From positions 1,513,741 through 1,577,740 of the forward strand of contig OY762464.1 of the NCBI GenBank assembly GCA_963665765.1: a DNA stretch of 64,000 nt, written 5' to 3'. The notes under the pieces were generated by a model that was given only the letters and a program-made list of their open reading frames with translations, ran no database searches and was not told the DNA's origin. Every line of letters begins with the position of its first letter. Position 1 is the first letter of the stretch. Of the stretch, positions 59,551 through 64,000 are shown in pieces. The position numbers were made by a program, and so were the translations under genes. Source of the stretch: Acidimicrobiia bacterium. Lineage in GTDB: Bacteria; Actinomycetota; Acidimicrobiia; Spongiisociales; ZC4RG35.

Positions 59551-60324
59551 ATGAGCCTCAAAGACTGGAGCTTGGGCGCCGGTCTCCAAGATCAAGCGGT
59601 GCTGGTGACCGGCGCGGCGAGCGGGATCGGAAAGGCGACGGCGCAAACCATGGCGTCTTTGGGTGCTCGGGTGGCTGCCTTGGATCGGCAGGAGACAGTG
59701 AGAGACGTTGTTTCGGAACTGGATGGACCCGGTCCGCACCTGTCGGTGGTTTTCGATCTGGCCGACTTCGGTTCGATGCCGGCCATGGTGGCCCAGGCCG
59801 AGGCGCGGTTGGGTCCTTTGTGGGCCCTTGCTCATGTGGCGGCGTATCTGCGCAGGAAGCAGTTGGAGGACGTGACGGAGGAGGACTGGGACGCCCAGCA
59901 TGATGTGAACCTGAAAGGCTCCTTCTTTTTGAACAAGGCGGTCGGGGAGGCAATGATCGCCACCGGAAGGGGGGGACGGATCATCAATTTCACTTCTGGA
60001 TCCTGGCTTACCGGGCCCGTGCATGAAAGTCATGTCTACGTGGCCAGCAAGGGTGGGGTGGTTTCCATGACCCGGGGGTTCGCTCGCGCCTACGGGCCTC
60101 ACAACATTTTGGTGAACTGTGTATCGCCCGGTCAGATAGACACCCCGATGCAACACCTGGACATGCCCCCCGAGATGGTGGCAGCCGGCATTGCTCAGTG
60201 TCCGTTGGGGCGGTTGGGCGACCCCGAGGAATTGGCGGCGGTGGTGGCCTTTCTGACTTCCACGCACGCCGGCTTCGTGAGCGGCGCCACCATCAATGTA
60301 AGCGGCGCTCTGCTCATGTATTAG
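59551..60324 (+). CDS. SDR family oxidoreductase (paralog of 24053-24832)
   Basis: TGAASGIGKATA and YVASK motifs; high similarity to the other SDR in the window. Confidence 0.85.
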   Translation: MSLKDWSLGAGLQDQAVLVTGAASGIGKATAQTMASLGARVAALDRQETVRDVVSELDGPGPHLSVVFDLADFGSMPAMVAQAEARLGPLWALAHVAAYLRRKQLEDVTEEDWDAQHDVNLKGSFFLNKAVGEAMIATGRGGRIINFTSGSWLTGPVHESHVYVASKGGVVSMTRGFARAYGPHNILVNCVSPGQIDTPMQHLDMPPEMVAAGIAQCPLGRLGDPEELAAVVAFLTSTHAGFVSGATINVSGALLMY

Positions 60325-60341
60325 CCGAGTTTGGATCGTTT

Positions 60342-61256
60342 GTGAAGACCATCCAGACCGTTCTGGGGCCGATAACCCCAAACGAGTTGGGACTGACTCT
60401 GCCCCATGAGCATGTGTTCTTGGATCTGTACGAGATAACCATGAACTCCCATCTGATCCTCAGCGACCCCGAAGTGGCCCGCTCCGAATTGGGCTTCTTT
60501 AAAGAGAGCGGCGGCCGCACCATTGTGGACCAGACCGTGCATGGGCTCGGGGCGGATCCGGAGGCGCTGCGCGAGGTCGCCCGGGAGGTGGGCATCAACA
60601 TCATTGCCGGCACCGGCTTTTATTGGGAGAAATTCCACCCGCCCTGGCTGAAGGACATGACCGACCGCGACATCGTGGCGATGTTGATCAAAGACCTGAC
60701 CGAAGGATTCTATGGGACCGATATCAGGGCGGGGATCCTGGGAGAGATCGGTACTCACCATCGGAGAGTCTCTGCCGCAGAAGAACGGGTGATCAGGGCC
60801 TGCGCCACCGCCCAGCGGGAGACCGCGGTGCCCATCTCCACCCACGCCCTCTTCACCCGCATAGGCATGGAGCAGGTCCGGCTGTTTGAGGACGCCGGGG
60901 CCAACCTCGACCAGTTGGTGATCGGGCATGTGGACACCACCCCTGACGTCGACTACCACCTCGAGTTGCTCCGGCGAGGAGTGTGGGTCGCTTACGACGC
61001 CATCGGCCAGTTGGACAAGCAAACCGACGAGCGGAGAGCGGATGCCATCGTCCGTCTCATCGACGCCGGGTATCGTAACCGCATTCTGCTCTCCACCGAC
61101 GTGGGGAAGCGAGGCGCCATGAGATCATACGGAGGAACGGGATTTGACCATGTGGTCACCAGGTTCCTCCCCCTCCTGTGGGAGCGGGGAATCACCGAGG
61201 ACGACACCACGGCGCTGACGGTGGACAACCCCCGTCGGTTGTTCTCGGGATCATGA
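60342..61256 (+). CDS. Phosphotriesterase-family protein (PTE homology protein / aryldialkylphosphatase-like)
   Basis: N-terminal GPITPNELGLTLPHEHVF, the binuclear-metal HxH motif of the PTE/amidohydrolase family. GTG start. Confidence 0.75.
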   Translation: MKTIQTVLGPITPNELGLTLPHEHVFLDLYEITMNSHLILSDPEVARSELGFFKESGGRTIVDQTVHGLGADPEALREVAREVGINIIAGTGFYWEKFHPPWLKDMTDRDIVAMLIKDLTEGFYGTDIRAGILGEIGTHHRRVSAAEERVIRACATAQRETAVPISTHALFTRIGMEQVRLFEDAGANLDQLVIGHVDTTPDVDYHLELLRRGVWVAYDAIGQLDKQTDERRADAIVRLIDAGYRNRILLSTDVGKRGAMRSYGGTGFDHVVTRFLPLLWERGITEDDTTALTVDNPRRLFSGS

Positions 61257-62311
61257 GCCGTCCTGTGAGTACCGGTCCGGTTGAGGTGATCCTGTTCGGT
61301 ATGGGGTCTGTGGGAAAGGCCGCTCTCCGACTGGCTCTGAGCAGGGAGTGGCTGCATCCGGTGGGGGCGGTGATCGGCAGGAGCGCCTCGACTCGAGAGC
61401 GTATTGAATCCGGGGAGCACCCGGCCGATCTGCGGTTGTCAACCGACGCCGACCTCTTACTGGACCAACTCCGACCGGAAGTCGCCCTGATAGCCACCCG
61501 CTCTCCGATTGCCGATGTCAAAGATGACATCATCAGATGCGTGGAGCGGGGGGTGAGCGTGGTCACCTCGAGCGAAGAACTGGCCTACCCGGACGTCACC
61601 GACCCGTCGGCGGCCGGAGAGATGGAAGCAGCCTGCCGCGCCGGGGGAGCGGCGGTGGTGGCCACCGGCATCAATCCCGGGTTCGTGTTCGATGTTCTCC
61701 CGGTGGTGATCGCCGGTGCTTCCTGGGACGTCCAGCGGTTGGCGGTGACCCGTGCGCTCGACTGCTCGGTGTTCGGGCGGACCATCCATCGCTCGTTGGG
61801 GGTGGGGTACAGTCCGGCCGGATTCGAGAGAGCCCGCCGGGCAGGAGTCATCCGCGGTCACATCGGGTTCGAGGAAAGCGCCCGGGTCATCGCCAGGGTG
61901 ATGGGCAGGGATCTCGACCGTTTCGAGGAGAATGTTCAACCATTGATCGCCGAGCGACCCTATCAACTCGCCGAGTATGCGATCTCCCCCGGGGAGACGG
62001 CTGGGGTAGTTCAGGATGCGACCGGTTGGGTTGGCGAGCGTCCCTGGCTCCGTTTTGATCTGTCCCTTCACGTGGATCCGGAGTCGGTGGGTATTCAAAC
62101 CCGTGATCACATCCGGATAGAGGGCGAGAACACCCTGGACGTAACCATCCAGCCCGGAACCCAGTCGATTCTTACCACATCGGCCCTGTTGGTCAACAGC
62201 ATCCCGGCGGTGTTGTCCGCGCCTCCGGGCCTCTACACCGCGGCCGAACTGCTACCGGCGGCGCCCTGGCTGGGAGATCGTCCCCCGCCCGGCATCCGCC
62301 GGCGGGACTAA
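61253..62311 (+). CDS. DapB-like NAD(P)-binding oxidoreductase (dihydrodipicolinate reductase N-terminal fold)
   Basis: N-terminal Rossmann ILFGMGSVGKA and overall family length; ATGA overlap with the PTE gene. Weak. Confidence 0.4.
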   Translation: MSRPVSTGPVEVILFGMGSVGKAALRLALSREWLHPVGAVIGRSASTRERIESGEHPADLRLSTDADLLLDQLRPEVALIATRSPIADVKDDIIRCVERGVSVVTSSEELAYPDVTDPSAAGEMEAACRAGGAAVVATGINPGFVFDVLPVVIAGASWDVQRLAVTRALDCSVFGRTIHRSLGVGYSPAGFERARRAGVIRGHIGFEESARVIARVMGRDLDRFEENVQPLIAERPYQLAEYAISPGETAGVVQDATGWVGERPWLRFDLSLHVDPESVGIQTRDHIRIEGENTLDVTIQPGTQSILTTSALLVNSIPAVLSAPPGLYTAAELLPAAPWLGDRPPPGIRRRD

Positions 62312-62703
62312 TCGCAGACGGCGGTAGCCTCGATCTCGATCAGATACTCCGGATCCAGAAACCGGGATACTTCCAGCATGGTGGATGCCGGCTTGATGTC
62401 GCCGAAGACCTCGGCGTGGGCTCGTCCGGCTTCTTCCCAACGGGAGATGTCGGTGAGGAACATTCTGGTGCGCACCACGTCCTCGGCCGAGGCGCCCAGC
62501 TTGGCCAGAGCCCGCAGGATTATCTGCAAACAGGCCTTGGTCTGTCCGTACATGTCGCCCGGAGCGATCACCGACCCGTCGGGGGCGCCGGCGGTGGTGC
62601 CGGCCACCTCGATCAGGTTTCCCACCCGAACCGCTCGCGAGTAGCCGACCGGATCCCACGGGCGGTTGGACGGCGCCTGCTGTCGGGGTCCTCCAAACAT
62701 CAA
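62308..62703 (-). CDS. RidA/YjgF family reactive-intermediate deaminase
   Basis: 131 aa with an RidA-like chorismate-mutase-like fold sequence. Confidence 0.75.
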   Translation of the reverse strand: MMFGGPRQQAPSNRPWDPVGYSRAVRVGNLIEVAGTTAGAPDGSVIAPGDMYGQTKACLQIILRALAKLGASAEDVVRTRMFLTDISRWEEAGRAHAEVFGDIKPASTMLEVSRFLDPEYLIEIEATAVCD

Positions 62704-62712
62704 GGCTTCTCC

Positions 62713-63173
62713 CTAGTTGTCCTCGGCCGGGTAGACATCCACCGTAATCGGGAATTGAACATCCTCATGAGGGCGTATGATGACCGGGAACTGCCCGATC
62801 TTGCGGATGGGCGAGTCCAGCACCACGTGGTCGGTCTCCAGACCAAACCCGGTGTCTCGACGAACTGCTTCCACCACGTCCGTGGGGCCCACCGAGCCAT
62901 ACAGATTCCCGGCTGGAGAGGTGCGGGCGGCAATGACCACCATCTTGCCCACCAACCGGGTGGCGACCTGCTCGGCCTGCGTCTTGCGTCGCATGTATTC
63001 GGCCAGTTTCGCCTGCTTGAGGGCCTGTATGTGGGCGACGGCCCTGGGGGTGGCCTTGATTGCCTTGCGGCGGGGGATGAGGTAGTTGCGGGCGTACCCG
63101 GGCGCCACCTCCACGACCTCTCCCTTGTAGCCGAGGCCCGTGATGTCCTCGGTGAGGATCAGCCGGGCGCTCA
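62713..63173 (-). CDS. rplI: 50S ribosomal protein L9
   Basis: [34 protein letters not shown] is the canonical L9 N-terminus. Confidence 0.9.
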
Positions 63174-63437
63174 TAGGTTGGTGTAGGGCAGAAGCGCCAT
63201 TTCGCGAGCATTCTTGACGGCCCGCCCCACCGCGTTCTGATGTCGTTGACAATTGCCGGTTGACCGTCGTCCGCGAATCTTGGCGCGGGCATCCGAGATG
63301 TATCTGCGCAATAGCGTGATGTCCTTGTAGTCCACGTAGCGGATCTTGTTGTCGCAGAAGTAGCAGGATCTCTTCTTGATCCGACGATAACTTGAGCCTG
63401 AGCGGGGACGTCTGCGGGGTGAAGATTTTCGGGCCAT
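63171..63437 (-). CDS. rpsR: 30S ribosomal protein S18
   Basis: CYFC...IDYKD...LRRYIS motif region typical of S18. Confidence 0.9.
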   Translation of the reverse strand: MARKSSPRRRPRSGSSYRRIKKRSCYFCDNKIRYVDYKDITLLRRYISDARAKIRGRRSTGNCQRHQNAVGRAVKNAREMALLPYTNL

Positions 63438-63448
63438 GCTGATTCCTT

Positions 63449-63910
63449 TTAGAAGGGGGCTTCGTCGTCGGGGTAGGTGGTGGGCTGGGCGGGGCCGGCG
63501 GGGGTACGGGAGCGACGCTGGGGACCGCTGTCATGGTATCCGCCTCCCGATTCGCGGGTGGTGCGTCTTACGTCGGCGGTCGCCCACCGAAGCGACGGAC
63601 CGATCTCATCGATCCGCACCTCTACGACTGACCGACGCTCTCCCTCCTGGGTTTCCCAGGAGCGCTGCTGAAGGCGGCCGGTGACGATCACCCGGGAGCC
63701 CTTCTCCAGAGACTCTGCGACGTTCTCGGCGTACTGACGCCAAACGGCTCCGCCAAAAAAACTGGTTTCTTCCTGCCACTCGTCGTTGGCGCCTCGCCAC
63801 CGACGGCTAACGGCCATGCGGATGTTGGCCCGAGGTATCCCCGAGGCGGTGAAGCGAAGCTCGGGGTCCTCTACCAGGTTTCCTACCAAGGTTACGGAGT
63901 TGTACGCCAT
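63449..63910 (-). CDS. ssb: Single-stranded DNA-binding protein
   Basis: OB-fold N-terminus ([18 protein letters not shown]), Gly/Pro-rich tail and a C-terminal acidic DDEAPF tip. Confidence 0.85.
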   Translation of the reverse strand: MAYNSVTLVGNLVEDPELRFTASGIPRANIRMAVSRRWRGANDEWQEETSFFGGAVWRQYAENVAESLEKGSRVIVTGRLQQRSWETQEGERRSVVEVRIDEIGPSLRWATADVRRTTRESGGGYHDSGPQRRSRTPAGPAQPTTYPDDEAPF

Positions 63911-64000
63911 ATCTTTTCCCTCTCTTGTTGTCTGGGGGCCAAATTGCTGCTCAGGAACTCAAATCTCAGGACGGATGACTTTATGACGTAACACATCGTC

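Noticed and set aside
62713-63534. 273-aa ORF extending rplI upstream across rpsR
   Set aside because: The upstream extension is the out-of-frame shadow of rpsR; L9 begins at the conserved [10 protein letters not shown] at 63173.

Overview
This 64-kb window comes from a high-GC chromosome (about 65-70% GC) with Actinobacteria-like gene organisation, including an ssb-rpsR-rplI cluster, GTG/TTG starts and overlapping ATGA/GTGA gene junctions. It is gene-dense and reads mostly as an accessory-metabolism region. The main content: the acetyl-CoA synthetase N-terminus (partial), lnt, an inositol monophosphatase, an M3 oligopeptidase, a LiaF-like protein, and a ROK regulator with an M20 peptidase. 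There are two paralogous non-canonical ABC uptake loci, each with a tandem two-domain type-I substrate-binding lipoprotein, one permease, one half-size ATPase and an embedded enzyme (YhfX-like PLP protein or amidohydrolase). Further on come an SDR / ceramidase-like / E1beta / E1alpha / standalone lipoyl-domain cluster; a YhaO/YhaN (SbcD/SbcC-like) nuclease-ATPase pair with a central TM hairpin and a +1 frameshift; and a lower-GC module with a small XhlA-like membrane protein and an HNH endonuclease. The remainder holds a family-1 sugar ABC transporter bracketed by two paralogous duplicated-domain hypothetical proteins; a lower-GC island with a Schlafen/AlbA_2-HATPase_c_4 protein; sugar isomerase, enolase-superfamily and aldo/keto reductase genes; a lower-GC PstI/BsuBI-type type II restriction-modification pair; a Dpp/Opp-like peptide ABC operon; a putative two-subunit N,N-dimethylformamidase-like amidase cluster with SDR, phosphotriesterase-family, DapB-like and RidA genes; and rplI-rpsR-ssb at the window end. 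The most unusual signals are these. (1) A 100%-identical 1,004-bp tandem duplication (period 1,011 bp) inside the first substrate-binding-protein gene, and a mosaic tandem duplication in the second. (2) Strand-asymmetric C-depleted, G+T-rich patches with GGT/GTT/GAT/GCT/TTG codon usage that coincide with repeated segments in three different plus-strand genes. (3) The frameshifted YhaN-like ATPase with internal diverged repeats, next to the HNH module. No rRNA, tRNA or CRISPR array was recognised by eye.
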